A stretch of 64,000 nt of DNA from an uncultured virus (IMG/VR IMGVR_UViG_3300013823_000004) (lineage: Duplodnaviria; Heunggongvirae; Uroviricota; Caudoviricetes): IMG/VR virus record IMGVR_UViG_3300013823_000004; one strand, written 5' to 3'. A program made the position numbers and the translations under genes. Positions 20,777-30,246 of the stretch are shown one piece after another (position 1 is the stretch's first letter; each line of letters starts with the position of its first letter). The notes under the pieces were generated by a model. The model made no database searches. It was not told the DNA's origin and saw nothing but the letters and a program-made list of their open reading frames with translations.

Positions 20777-21220
20777 TCAGACCGGGAACGTCGCCAGGCG
20801 CAGGATCAGCTCGCCCTGGGCCGCGGCAGGTGCCGTGTTGAGTTTCACGAACACCGGCCGGTTGAACGGCTTGGCCCCCAGGGCTTCGGCGGTCAGGTGG
20901 TCGGTGATCGGCACGAATGCCGCCGTGTCCGCCGTCACCGCGGTCGCGCCGAGGATGGTGTTGTCCGCCGTCACCGCACCTTCGAGGGCGTCGGGGATGT
21001 AGACCGTCACGTTCTGGGCCGCCAGCTTGCCGCCAACGGCCTTGGCGAACAGACCACTGCCCTGGCTGGACAGCTTGTGGAAGGCCGGCAGTTCGCCGAC
21101 CAGGACCAGGTCGTTGTTCGCCGCGGCCTCCACCGGCCAGCTGAAGTCGTTGACCACCAGCAGGCCGGCCGCCGGCGCCGAAGCGCCGGCGTTCCGGCCA
21201 ATCGCGAGTTTCGTTGCCAT
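20777..21220 (-). CDS. Probable capsid decoration/cement protein
   Basis: 147 aa immediately downstream of capsid gene; AAGGAG RBS. Confidence 0.6.
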   Translation of the reverse strand: MATKLAIGRNAGASAPAAGLLVVNDFSWPVEAAANNDLVLVGELPAFHKLSSQGSGLFAKAVGGKLAAQNVTVYIPDALEGAVTADNTILGATAVTADTAAFVPITDHLTAEALGAKPFNRPVFVKLNTAPAAAQGELILRLATFPV

Positions 21221-21303
21221 GTTGCTTCTCCTTCGGAGTTCGGTGCATTTCGAACCGAGCGCCACCCATCCTTGGGCAGCACGCGGGAGGGGTCAGACCA
21301 GGG

Positions 21304-22413
21304 TCAGACCGGGTTCGGATTGGCGGCGGCGGTATCGAGCGCGATCGTGCCGAAGTCCTTGCCGTTGAAGCGGGTCTTCTTGATGCCGAAGATCGCGCCG
21401 GCGCAGATCTCGATGTCGTTACCGTGGTCGAGCGGAACCTCCGACCAATCGAAGCGCAGGCCGTTGCCCGGGGAACCGAATGCCAGCACCATCGCCTGCC
21501 GGCCGAGGAACAGCGCGCGCGCCGAGGCCACGTTGTTGCCCGCGCCGTAGTCGTTGAAGCGCACCACGGACTTGTGCTTGTGCAGGATCGTGTTGCCGAT
21601 CATGCCCAGGTTGTCCTTGAAGATCGGGTTGCTGGCACCCTCGGCAGCAGCCGCCGCCTTCTGGATGTCCAGCCAGTTGCCCGCGTCCGTGGAGGTCTTC
21701 AGGTCGTGCGCCTGGAACGGGTGCATGACGACGACGAAGTGCTCACCGCCAGCGATGGTGATCGGCTGGATCTCCGCCACCTGCGTGCTGCCGCCACCCT
21801 GCGACGCGGCCTTGGTGTTCGCACGCTCGATGAGCACGCGGCTCATCTTGCCGGCACTGGTCAGCGAGGCCTTGCTGCTGCCATCGCCGAACAGGATGTG
21901 GTCGCTGTCCGGCGACTCGAAGCTGTTGCCGGCGCGGCCCGCGTAGTTCAGCGGGACGTTGTAGTCCTCGTTGATCCCGCGCGCACCGGAGCCGTACATG
22001 AAGAACAGCTCGTCGTAGAAGCGCGCCCAGAACTCGGTCAGGCGGTTGCGGCCGACCTTACGCAGGTCATGCACCGTGCGCTTGCGGCTCATCCGGCCAC
22101 CGCAGCTGACCGGCTTACGAGCCTGGTCGATGAACACCTTGTCGGTGAAGAAGTCGAGCTTCTCGCCCTTGCCCTCGGCTTTCTGGTCGCCTTCGATGAC
22201 GCCACCGGACAGCTGGACCGAGAGGTCGTAGCTGATGGTGTCGCCGGCCTCCTGCTCGAGGTCGGTCTGCAGCATGACCGGCAAGGTCGTTTCGGACCCC
22301 TTGCCCATCATCTTGCGGGTCCAGTAGGACTTCTTCGAAACGGAAACCATCAGGTCCGCGGACCAGAGCTTCCGGGCTTTCGGGTCGTTCAGACCCACGA
22401 TCGTCTGTGCCAT
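21304..22413 (-). CDS. Major capsid protein, N4-gp56/DUF4043-like
   Basis: 369 aa; DLEQEAGDTISYDL, IDQARKPV..GGRMSRKRT.HDLR, DFGTIALDTA; follows portal and scaffold. Confidence 0.9.
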   Translation of the reverse strand: MAQTIVGLNDPKARKLWSADLMVSVSKKSYWTRKMMGKGSETTLPVMLQTDLEQEAGDTISYDLSVQLSGGVIEGDQKAEGKGEKLDFFTDKVFIDQARKPVSCGGRMSRKRTVHDLRKVGRNRLTEFWARFYDELFFMYGSGARGINEDYNVPLNYAGRAGNSFESPDSDHILFGDGSSKASLTSAGKMSRVLIERANTKAASQGGGSTQVAEIQPITIAGGEHFVVVMHPFQAHDLKTSTDAGNWLDIQKAAAAAEGASNPIFKDNLGMIGNTILHKHKSVVRFNDYGAGNNVASARALFLGRQAMVLAFGSPGNGLRFDWSEVPLDHGNDIEICAGAIFGIKKTRFNGKDFGTIALDTAAANPNPV

Positions 22414-22488
22414 GTTGTCTCTCCTTGGAGATCACGGCACTTCTGCGCCTCGTTCGTTGACCCGCACTGCTGCGCAGGTTTCGTGAAA

Positions 22489-22704
22489 TCAGGACCCGGC
22501 GACGACCGGGCGGCGGGCAACCCGCTGCGCGGGCCCCGCCGTATGCTGCTGTTCGCCAGCTCGGGTGATCGTCACCGGGCTGTTGGATTCGATGACCACC
22601 CGGGAGCGCTTGCCGCTCTTCTCGGTGAAGGTGATCGACGCGCCGGAGCTGGCCGGGATCAGCACCACGTCGCCAGGCTCCAGCGTTGTATGCAGCTTCG
22701 GCAT
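22489..22704 (-). CDS. Small protein with CsrA-like beta-strand pattern
   Basis: 71 aa MPKLHTTLEPGDVVLIP..ITFTEKSGKRSRVVIESNSPVTITR; aligns by eye with CsrA. Confidence 0.6.
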   Translation of the reverse strand: MPKLHTTLEPGDVVLIPASSGASITFTEKSGKRSRVVIESNSPVTITRAGEQQHTAGPAQRVARRPVVAGS

Positions 22705-22711
22705 GTGACCC

Positions 22712-23758
22712 TCAGTCGGTGAAGGCGCCAGGCACGTCGCGCAGGAGACGGTCGCGCTCCGATTCGGACTTGCCAGCCAGCAGCGCCTCGAGATCCTCGA
22801 TCCCCTGCTCCGCTGCCGCGTCGGCGGCCGCACGCGATGTGGGGTCGGCCGCGGCCGGGACTGCACTGAGGGTCACCGGCACCTGCGCGAGCGGCGGCGT
22901 GCGGTCGGGCTTCGGCGGCGGCGGAGCGGCGGGCTGCGGCGGTGCGGCCGCGGGACCCGGTGTGCCAAGCATGCCGGCGGCAACCAGTTGCTCGCGCGCG
23001 CCCACCAGCAGGTCCCAGTCCGTCAGCTGGCGGCCTTCTTGCGCCGCCAGGTTGGCGACGACCTGCATGCCCTGCTCCCAGGCAGCGAACAGCAGCGGGT
23101 TGTTGGCGATCGCGGCGTTGGCCGGGTCGGACAGGAACTGGCGCTGCAGGTACGCCCATGCCTGGTCGGCGTTCTGCTGGCTCAGGTCGGCCTGCAGCTG
23201 CGCACGGTCCTGCGCACGCTCAACCGCGGCGCGCTGGTCGCGCAGCGCCTCATATTGCGTCTCGTAGGCCTCATCGTCGACCTGGCCGCCCTTGTACTGC
23301 GCCTTGAGGTCGGCCAGCTGCTGGTTGATCCCGGAGATCTCCGTGGCGAAGTCGCGCTCACTGTCAGCGGCGTACGTCGGCACGAAATGCGCCGGCGCGG
23401 CGAAGGAAGCCGCGGCCGGCGCGGCCGGCACGGCTGGCGCGGCCGGTGCAGCTGCTGCCGCCGCTACTTCCGCTGCAGCGGCTGCTGCACCGTCACCCGT
23501 CCCGGCGTTGACGGCTGCAGCACCGGCGGCTTCGGCATCGCCCGCCGCCGCAGGCGCATTTGCAGCGCCGCCACTCGGGGTGCCTTCCTGCCCCGCCGCC
23601 GCGCCGCTCTCGGCCGGCGCAGCAGCCGCGGGCGGCGCTGCCGCCGCACCGCCTGCCGCCGGCGCGGCGTCCTGGGCCTGTGCGAGCGCCTCACGCTCGG
23701 CATCGGTGATCTCGAACTCGTTGGCGGCCAGGGCCGTGCTTTCGTCAGGCTGCGACAT
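22712..23758 (-). CDS. Probable scaffolding protein
   Basis: 348 aa, acidic Ala-rich, between portal and capsid. Confidence 0.7.
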   Translation of the reverse strand: MSQPDESTALAANEFEITDAEREALAQAQDAAPAAGGAAAAPPAAAAPAESGAAAGQEGTPSGGAANAPAAAGDAEAAGAAAVNAGTGDGAAAAAAEVAAAAAAPAAPAVPAAPAAASFAAPAHFVPTYAADSERDFATEISGINQQLADLKAQYKGGQVDDEAYETQYEALRDQRAAVERAQDRAQLQADLSQQNADQAWAYLQRQFLSDPANAAIANNPLLFAAWEQGMQVVANLAAQEGRQLTDWDLLVGAREQLVAAGMLGTPGPAAAPPQPAAPPPPKPDRTPPLAQVPVTLSAVPAAADPTSRAAADAAAEQGIEDLEALLAGKSESERDRLLRDVPGAFTD

Positions 23759-25916
23759 TCGCGGTTTCCTCAGGTGGATGTGCGGTGCTCAGCAGCCTGT
23801 CGGCGGCCGGAGCGAGGGGGAGCAGGAGCTCGATGAGCTCGGCTACGTTCAGGGCATCGCCCTTGGTCTTGATCTGCAGCGCCTTGGCCTTGGCCATGAT
23901 CTCTTCGCGCTTGGCCTCGTCCAGGCCGACCTTCGCCATGCGTTCACGCAGGGCCACGTCGCGGTCTTGCTGTTCGGCGTCTCGCCTCGCGACGGCTTCT
24001 GGGCTGTTCGGGTCGCTCTCGTTGTCGGACTGGCCAGTGATCTGGCGGATCCGCTTCACGACCTCGTCCTTGCCAGGCATGTCGATCATGTCGAAGGCCA
24101 GGTCAAGCAGCTGAACCGACATATCCGGCGGCAGCTTGCCCAGCATCTCGAAGAACTGCTCGGCGAAGGCCTGGCGCATGGTCTCGCGGAAGTCCTGTTG
24201 GTCGACGACGAAGTCGGCCTGGTTGCGGCTGATGTCGTTGTCCACCACCCACACGTTGTTCAGGGTGTCCAAGCGGATCTGGTTGATGACGCGCCAGTCC
24301 ACCCCCTTCTTCTCGCCGACGATGCGGAACTGCCGTTCCTCGGTCATGAACTGCTCGGTCAGCGAGAGCTGCTTCTCTCCGCTCAGCTGGATGCCCAGGC
24401 GGTAGTTGTCGAATAGCTCGGCCGTCGATACCGCGCCCTCCTGCTGCTTGGCCAGGATGGCGCGTCCGCTGGCGGCATTGGTCTCGCGCCCCAGCATCTC
24501 GCGGTTCACGCCCGTCCCGTCGTGGATGTGGGCCGCATCGATCTCCAGAAGCTGGATCTGCGCCTCGGCAACGTCGAGGTTGCGTTCGACCCTGATCCGC
24601 GCCAAACCGCCGTTCTTCAGCGGGATGACGCCATTAGGCTTGGCGATCTCCCGCTTGATCTCTTCGAGCCGGTCCTCGTCGATAGCACCTTCCTCGAAGA
24701 ACAGCTGGTTGGTGCTCAGCGCCCAGAGCAGCTTGCTCATGCGCTTGTTCAGGTCCTCCTGCGAGTCACGAACACCGCGCACCAGGCCGTACTCCATGCC
24801 GTCGCGGTTGCGGCGATAGCACCAGTACGGGGTGTAGGGGAAGCCGTTGTGGGCGAACGGGCTGCGCTTCAGCGACAGCAAGCCCTCCTCGGTGAACACC
24901 GCACACCACATTTCCTCGACCACCGCGTCGGTGAGGGTGTAGATCGGGCTGGCGCCGGCCGCCATCTCCTGCTGTGCCGCCGCATGCGCGGCGTTGCCCG
25001 GGTCGAAGCGCTCGCCTTTGAAATCACCGCCCCAGATGCGCTTGTGGGCTACCGGCTTCCGGAACCAGCATTCCAGCAGCCGCACCCGCATCCGGCAGCG
25101 GCTATCTAGGGAAACCCGCCCGGTGATCCGGCGGCCGGTCAGTTCGTGGCCGCGGCTGTCGTAGCGGCGGAACACCTGTGGCAGGTCAAGCTCTTCTTCC
25201 CAGGTGCCGTCGTCACCGTCGAAGTGATCGCGCGCCGCGCGGTTCACGATCTCGATGCGGTCCGGGAACATCGCCTCCGAATAGTCGAGATCTGCGAACT
25301 TCTCACGGATCAGGAACCGGCAGTCCGAAAGATCGAGCTCCCGCGAGACGGGATCTCGGCGCATCTGGCGCCACGGCACGTGCTTGACCATGACCGGCTC
25401 GCCCGCCTGGTTGGTCCGGATGTTCTCCTCCGTCCAGCCACAGCCGGCAATGGCCGCATCCTTGAACGCCTGCGACCTTGCCCACGGCACCCTGTTGGTG
25501 TCGCTCAGGTACTTCAGCAGTTCGCCCTTCACCGTCGCGAGCTCGACATCGTCCTGCGCGCGGGGGTGGACAACGCCGTCGATCCTGGTCCGGCGCTCGG
25601 TGCCGATGACCCAGTCCAGAGCCATCTTGATCTTGTTGTAGGTCAGCGGCGCCTGGTGGCGCGCGGCCAGGACCGCCCGGTCGGCATCCGACCACTGGAT
25701 GTGGTCGTAGAAATCGTAGTCGAGCATCTGCTCGATGCGATTGTCGAAATGCGCGTCGAGGGCCGAGTAGTAGTAGTCGAGGACCTTGGCGTGGATCCTG
25801 TGCGCCTCGGGGCTGTCCAGCGGATGGATGGGAGCCTCCGGCGCGGCGCTGATGGCGAGTTCTGCGCCGCCTGGCAGGTGCCCGCGGTCGCCCCGTAGGT
25901 TCTCGATCGTGTGCAT
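23745..25916 (-). CDS. Portal protein (podoviral type)
   Basis: 723 aa; DFYD..QW, N.IK..LDWVIG.E, G.VR.VRD.Q..LNKR.S, SG.AI..KQ. Confidence 0.88.
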   Translation of the reverse strand: MHTIENLRGDRGHLPGGAELAISAAPEAPIHPLDSPEAHRIHAKVLDYYYSALDAHFDNRIEQMLDYDFYDHIQWSDADRAVLAARHQAPLTYNKIKMALDWVIGTERRTRIDGVVHPRAQDDVELATVKGELLKYLSDTNRVPWARSQAFKDAAIAGCGWTEENIRTNQAGEPVMVKHVPWRQMRRDPVSRELDLSDCRFLIREKFADLDYSEAMFPDRIEIVNRAARDHFDGDDGTWEEELDLPQVFRRYDSRGHELTGRRITGRVSLDSRCRMRVRLLECWFRKPVAHKRIWGGDFKGERFDPGNAAHAAAQQEMAAGASPIYTLTDAVVEEMWCAVFTEEGLLSLKRSPFAHNGFPYTPYWCYRRNRDGMEYGLVRGVRDSQEDLNKRMSKLLWALSTNQLFFEEGAIDEDRLEEIKREIAKPNGVIPLKNGGLARIRVERNLDVAEAQIQLLEIDAAHIHDGTGVNREMLGRETNAASGRAILAKQQEGAVSTAELFDNYRLGIQLSGEKQLSLTEQFMTEERQFRIVGEKKGVDWRVINQIRLDTLNNVWVVDNDISRNQADFVVDQQDFRETMRQAFAEQFFEMLGKLPPDMSVQLLDLAFDMIDMPGKDEVVKRIRQITGQSDNESDPNSPEAVARRDAEQQDRDVALRERMAKVGLDEAKREEIMAKAKALQIKTKGDALNVAELIELLLPLAPAADRLLSTAHPPEETANVAA

Positions 25917-26383
25917 CAGTTCACCGCCTGCCCGTTGATCTTGACCGTGAGCCCCATTGCGCCCATCTCCCGCAGCCATTCCTCGCGGCTCTTCTCCGCC
26001 GGCGGCCGGAGGTTCTTCACGTCGTCGCAGAACTCCAGGATCGCGTCGTGGATGCGGTGCCGGTAGGGCGCCGCGTCGATGCCATACAGCGCAACCGAGG
26101 CATTCGCCAGGCGACTGGTCATGTCCTCGATGCGGTGCATGCCACCGCGGTCGCGGTCCTCCGGCCGGAACACCCAGAAGTCGCGGAACGGCACCAGGTA
26201 TGCAGGGCATCCGGTCGCGGCCTTGCCGGTGATCGCGTCGCTGGATTCGACACGGCGGTTCTCGTTGCGGATGTACAGCGCCGCATCGTCGTCGCCGTCA
26301 CGGCTGATGTGCGTCAGGTAGAGCGTCAGGTCGCCCTTCTTCCCACACCAGACGAAGCCCTCGGGCGCGAGCTGCAGGCTCAT
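25916..26383 (-). CDS. Hypothetical protein
   Basis: 155 aa, coupled. Confidence 0.7.
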   Translation of the reverse strand: MSLQLAPEGFVWCGKKGDLTLYLTHISRDGDDDAALYIRNENRRVESSDAITGKAATGCPAYLVPFRDFWVFRPEDRDRGGMHRIEDMTSRLANASVALYGIDAAPYRHRIHDAILEFCDDVKNLRPPAEKSREEWLREMGAMGLTVKINGQAVN

Positions 26384-26559
26384 GCGCGGGCTCCGAGTAG
26401 CTGCAGGGCGGCGTCCAGCTCCTCACGCAGCGCCGCGGCTGCCTCTTCCGGGGTCAGCACGTGGTCGGCGACGACGGTGTCATGCTTCTCGCCGCCGGGA
26501 ATGTAGCGGGCATAGGCCCGGGCCTGCTGGACGTGCAGGACGAGCTGCTCCAGCTGCAT
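26380..26559 (-). CDS. Small hypothetical protein
   Basis: 59 aa, start/stop overlaps on both sides. Confidence 0.55.
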   Translation of the reverse strand: MQLEQLVLHVQQARAYARYIPGGEKHDTVVADHVLTPEEAAAALREELDAALQLLGARA

Positions 26560-26837
26560 CAGTTCAGCTCCCGCGCCAGCTCGCCATTGATCCGCTGGGT
26601 GATCAGTGGGTGGCTGATGCGGACCTCCTGCGCGATGCGCTCCCGCACGGTGCGGGCGGCCATCTCCGTGAACTCGTGGCAGCCGCGATAGTCGACCATG
26701 GCATTGCCCTCCCTGTCCTGGAGCATGAAGACCAGGCTCACCAGCTGGCCTTCCTCGGCAGCCGCAAGCAGCATGGCCAGGAGCTCCTCGAGCGCCGCCT
26801 TTGTGGGGTGATTTCGTTCACGTGCTGAGACGCTCAT
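26559..26837 (-). CDS. Small hypothetical protein
   Basis: 92 aa, ATGA overlap with terL stop. Confidence 0.6.
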   Translation of the reverse strand: MSVSARERNHPTKAALEELLAMLLAAAEEGQLVSLVFMLQDREGNAMVDYRGCHEFTEMAARTVRERIAQEVRISHPLITQRINGELARELN

Positions 26838-28387
26838 GCGGTTCTCCAGTTGTCTTCGGCCAGCGCGCGGCTCTCGCCGACACGGCGGCCGCTGCTGCTG
26901 ACGTATCCCTGGGCGGCCGTGCGGAACGCATCGGCCGGATTCGATGCCCAGTTGTGATATGGCATGTCCGAGAATGTCTCGGTCTTCTCGTTCCACTGCT
27001 TGCTGTAGCGCCGGAGCGCTTCAAGTCCACCGCGGCCCTGCCCGGCCTTCGGCGGCCCGCAGCGCGTCTTGTCGAAGCGGCAGCGCGGCAGCATGTTGCG
27101 AACCATGTCGATGCCTTCGGTGACGTCTTCGATTCGCGGCACAACGATGATCGGCTTCACGCCCAGTTTGCTGGCGACCTGGACTCGGTTCTCGGATGCA
27201 GACCAGTCTTCATTCGCGCCGTCATGGGGCCAGTGGTGCTTTCCGTACAGGTAGCCCCGCTCCTTCAGCACCTTCGCGTAGTGCGTGACGCCGAAGCCGG
27301 AGGCCTCGTAGAAGTCCACGAAGTCCAGCCAAGGCCCGTTCTCCTGCATGAACCAGATGGCCGTGGTGTCCGAACGGCCGATGTCCCAGAACGTGTGGAT
27401 CGGCACGGCCGGGTTGATCGGTAGGTCCGTGATCCGGCCTTCGTTCGAGGCCGCGGCCATCTCCTTGCCGTAGTAGGCACCCTCGGTCGACGCCTCGAAG
27501 GCCTCGGCCGGTGTAGACGGGTGCTCGCGCTTCATTTTGTCGCGCTGGTCGCCCGCCTTCTTGACGTACCAGGCCTTCTGCCGCGCAGAGAGCTTGTACT
27601 CCATCTCCGCCTCGACCTTGGCGAAGTACGTCTCGTCATCCGGGCCGATCGGGACGCCTTCCGGGTCGAGCTCGTTGATCGGGTCGCGGAACCACGGGTA
27701 GAAGTGGAACCGGTAGTCCATCGAGGTCAGCACGCCGGTGCCGGCCTTCACCTGCCTGACCAGCTCCATGGCCGTCTGGCAGCGTTCGTAGAAGTCGCCG
27801 GCCGCGCCGTACGCCGTAGATTCGATCACCACGATGTTGCCCGGCGCGATGGCGTTCAGTGCGCCGGAGGCGACTTCCTGCGCCCGCTCCGGGTACATGG
27901 CGCACATGGGTCCATACTCGGAGATATGCAGGAACGTCAGCGTGCCGCCGCGATGCGAGACGCTGACCTCGATCGAGGATCCGTTCGCGAGCTCGAGCAC
28001 GCCGTCGCGCATATCCCGCCGGACCGCCGGTCGGATGGCTTTCAACCAGTCCGGCAAGTTGTCATAGGCGTACAGCACCTTCTTGCGGAAGAACTTGGCC
28101 GCGTCGCCGGCGGTGTGCGCCACGATGCCCGCCTGGGTGTTCTTCTTGAACAGCGCCATGTCCAGCGCGCGGATGCACGCCCAGGTCGTTATCCCGTGTT
28201 GGCGCGACTTCAGCGCCAGGTTGAGGGTGTGCAGGTTGTCGTCGAGGTCGGCCTGCACCTCGTTCGGCTTGAACAGCACCTTCCGACCGTACTTGTCGGT
28301 GATGTAGTACAGGTTGTTCAGCCGCCACCATCGGTCCGACAGCTTGTCCAGGAGCCGGCTGGCGTCCTGGTCGCTCAGCTGTGACAC
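26834..28387 (-). CDS. terL: Terminase large subunit
   Basis: Walker A-like LKSRQHGITT, Walker B LHISE, IESTA, nuclease WDIG..D, SNPADAFR. Confidence 0.93.
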   Translation of the reverse strand: MSQLSDQDASRLLDKLSDRWWRLNNLYYITDKYGRKVLFKPNEVQADLDDNLHTLNLALKSRQHGITTWACIRALDMALFKKNTQAGIVAHTAGDAAKFFRKKVLYAYDNLPDWLKAIRPAVRRDMRDGVLELANGSSIEVSVSHRGGTLTFLHISEYGPMCAMYPERAQEVASGALNAIAPGNIVVIESTAYGAAGDFYERCQTAMELVRQVKAGTGVLTSMDYRFHFYPWFRDPINELDPEGVPIGPDDETYFAKVEAEMEYKLSARQKAWYVKKAGDQRDKMKREHPSTPAEAFEASTEGAYYGKEMAAASNEGRITDLPINPAVPIHTFWDIGRSDTTAIWFMQENGPWLDFVDFYEASGFGVTHYAKVLKERGYLYGKHHWPHDGANEDWSASENRVQVASKLGVKPIIVVPRIEDVTEGIDMVRNMLPRCRFDKTRCGPPKAGQGRGGLEALRRYSKQWNEKTETFSDMPYHNWASNPADAFRTAAQGYVSSSGRRVGESRALAEDNWRTA

Positions 28388-28390
28388 CGA

Positions 28391-28993
28391 TCAGCCTCCC
28401 CTCGATGACGCCGGGCCGGTCCCGGTATCGGATCCGTCCGCGAGTTCAAGCAGTTCCGCCAGCTGCTGCTCCATCTTGATCGGCCCGCCGCCTGGTCCGC
28501 TGTGCTCCACCTTCTTCGAGAACATCCCGAAGTGCTGGCCGAGCGTCTTCACCGCGTCCAGCCGGCTGACGAACTTGATCTTCTTCGTGAGCCCTACGAA
28601 CTGTCGGTCCTCGCCGCGGCCCTCGAACTCTTCGAAAACCTCGACGCCCTGCAGGAGGCTCGCCTCCTCGGCGGTCAGATCGCTCATCGGCTTCAGGTTG
28701 CCGTTGGTGTCGAACAGCGCGCGGATGTCTCCCAGCGCCATGTAGGCCAGGCGCTCCAGCACCGCTTCCTGGTCGACACGCTTTGCCGCGACCAGTTCCT
28801 CGCGACGTCGCTGCAGGTAGGCCTGCACCTTTGGGTTGGCCAGGAGCCTGGCGGCCGCCGCATGGGCCGCGGCGCCCTTGGCCTTGTAGCCGGCGCGCAC
28901 GTACGCCGCACTGGCGTTGAAATCGATCAGGTATTCGTCGGCGAACCGGCGCTGCTGGTCAAGCAGCCCGGTTTCAGGGTCGATCTTCGACAT
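28391..28993 (-). CDS. terS: Terminase small subunit
   Basis: QRRFADEYLIDFNASAAYVRAGY..RLL.NPKVQ, LGQHFGMF..KVEHSG. Confidence 0.92.
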   Translation of the reverse strand: MSKIDPETGLLDQQRRFADEYLIDFNASAAYVRAGYKAKGAAAHAAAARLLANPKVQAYLQRRREELVAAKRVDQEAVLERLAYMALGDIRALFDTNGNLKPMSDLTAEEASLLQGVEVFEEFEGRGEDRQFVGLTKKIKFVSRLDAVKTLGQHFGMFSKKVEHSGPGGGPIKMEQQLAELLELADGSDTGTGPASSRGG

Positions 28994-29008
28994 CCGCTAC
29001 GGGCGGGC

Positions 29009-29524
29009 CTACGGCCAGCCGGCCTCCACGTCATACTCGGCAGCGCCCGCTAGCGAAGTGAGCGCGTCGATCGCTTCGTGATGTGCACGCTCTGCGCTGA
29101 AGCACGCTTGCACATGGGTGGTGATGGCATCGGCGATGCCTTGCAGCTCGGCCAGGGTGAGCGTCACCCACCCGCTTTCGGCCTTGAAATCGAGTGTCGC
29201 CGGGGCGCCGATCAGCGCGGTGGCGATGCGGTTCTGATCCTCTACCCCGGTCAGCACCCGAACGCCGGCCACGGTGATCCCGCCGGTCTCGTGCTCCCAG
29301 CGCAGCGCTGTGGCGCGCTCGCGCAGCCGCTGCTTGGTCTCGGCCAGGTCTTCCGTGGCTGGCGCTGCCGGCGGCACCAGATCGCCAGCGACGAGCAGCC
29401 AGCCAGGGCCAGCGGCGCCAGCATCCATCGCGGCGTCGCAGCCCGGCAGCGTTGAGGCGAACGCCAGGTCCGCCTCGATGACGTTTGCGACCACGCCGGC
29501 CCGGATCAGTGCGATGCGGCTCAC
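29009..29524 (-). CDS. Tail fibre assembly protein, DUF4376-like
   Basis: ETGGI..DQNRI..DFKAESGWV..HVQACFSAE..GWP. Confidence 0.8.
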   Translation of the reverse strand: MSRIALIRAGVVANVIEADLAFASTLPGCDAAMDAGAAGPGWLLVAGDLVPPAAPATEDLAETKQRLRERATALRWEHETGGITVAGVRVLTGVEDQNRIATALIGAPATLDFKAESGWVTLTLAELQGIADAITTHVQACFSAERAHHEAIDALTSLAGAAEYDVEAGWP

Positions 29525-30243
29525 GGCACGGTGTCCAAGTAGTGGTACTCCACGCGCCCAGAGCCCCCCGGCTCTCCGATGTTGCCGCCAGTGCGAACTC
29601 CGCCGGCACCAATGGTGTGTGTGCAGGTGCTGCCGGGCTGGATGGTAGCGCGCGCCCGGAACACACCGCCGCCATTCCCACCCACGCTGGACGCGTTCGC
29701 CGCGGTCTGGCCGCTTCCTCCACCATCCCCAGTACCAGGAGCCCCGGGAGACGTGAAGTCACCGCTACCAGCAGCAGACCATGGGAATGCAGCTCCACCG
29801 CAGGAGAAGCCGAATGCGCCCATGGTTCCGGGATGACCAGGGCCCGACGCACTGCCACCGGAGTGACGGGCACCTATCCCGCCACCGCGCCCGGGCCGGG
29901 TACTGAGTGCGCCCTCTGCCTCAACGATTGTCTGCCCCAGACTGTCCTGCACTGTCGTGGCGCCGCCGGCTCCCCTCTGGCCGATAGCGATGCCGCCTGA
30001 CGAACCGCCACCAATCGCCAGCACGTCAACGTCTGGCAGTGCAGTCGCCGGCAGCGTGAACGTTCCGCTGGCTGTGTCGGCGTAGGTTTTCGGGTAGAGC
30101 TTCACCGCGCCACCAATCTGCACCCAGTTGGTGCCGTCACTGAACCAGAGTTTCCCCGCCTGCACGAGGAACTGACGGGCACTGGCAGCTGCAGCCGGAA
30201 GTGCATCAACCACATGCAGCTGCAGGTCGGGGATGACACGCAC
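29521..30243 (-). CDS. Glycine-rich tail fibre-like protein
   Basis: 240 aa, Gly-rich, directly upstream of DUF4376-like gene. Confidence 0.65.
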   Translation of the reverse strand: MRVIPDLQLHVVDALPAAAASARQFLVQAGKLWFSDGTNWVQIGGAVKLYPKTYADTASGTFTLPATALPDVDVLAIGGGSSGGIAIGQRGAGGATTVQDSLGQTIVEAEGALSTRPGRGGGIGARHSGGSASGPGHPGTMGAFGFSCGGAAFPWSAAGSGDFTSPGAPGTGDGGGSGQTAANASSVGGNGGGVFRARATIQPGSTCTHTIGAGGVRTGGNIGEPGGSGRVEYHYLDTVP

Positions 30244-30246
30244 GGA

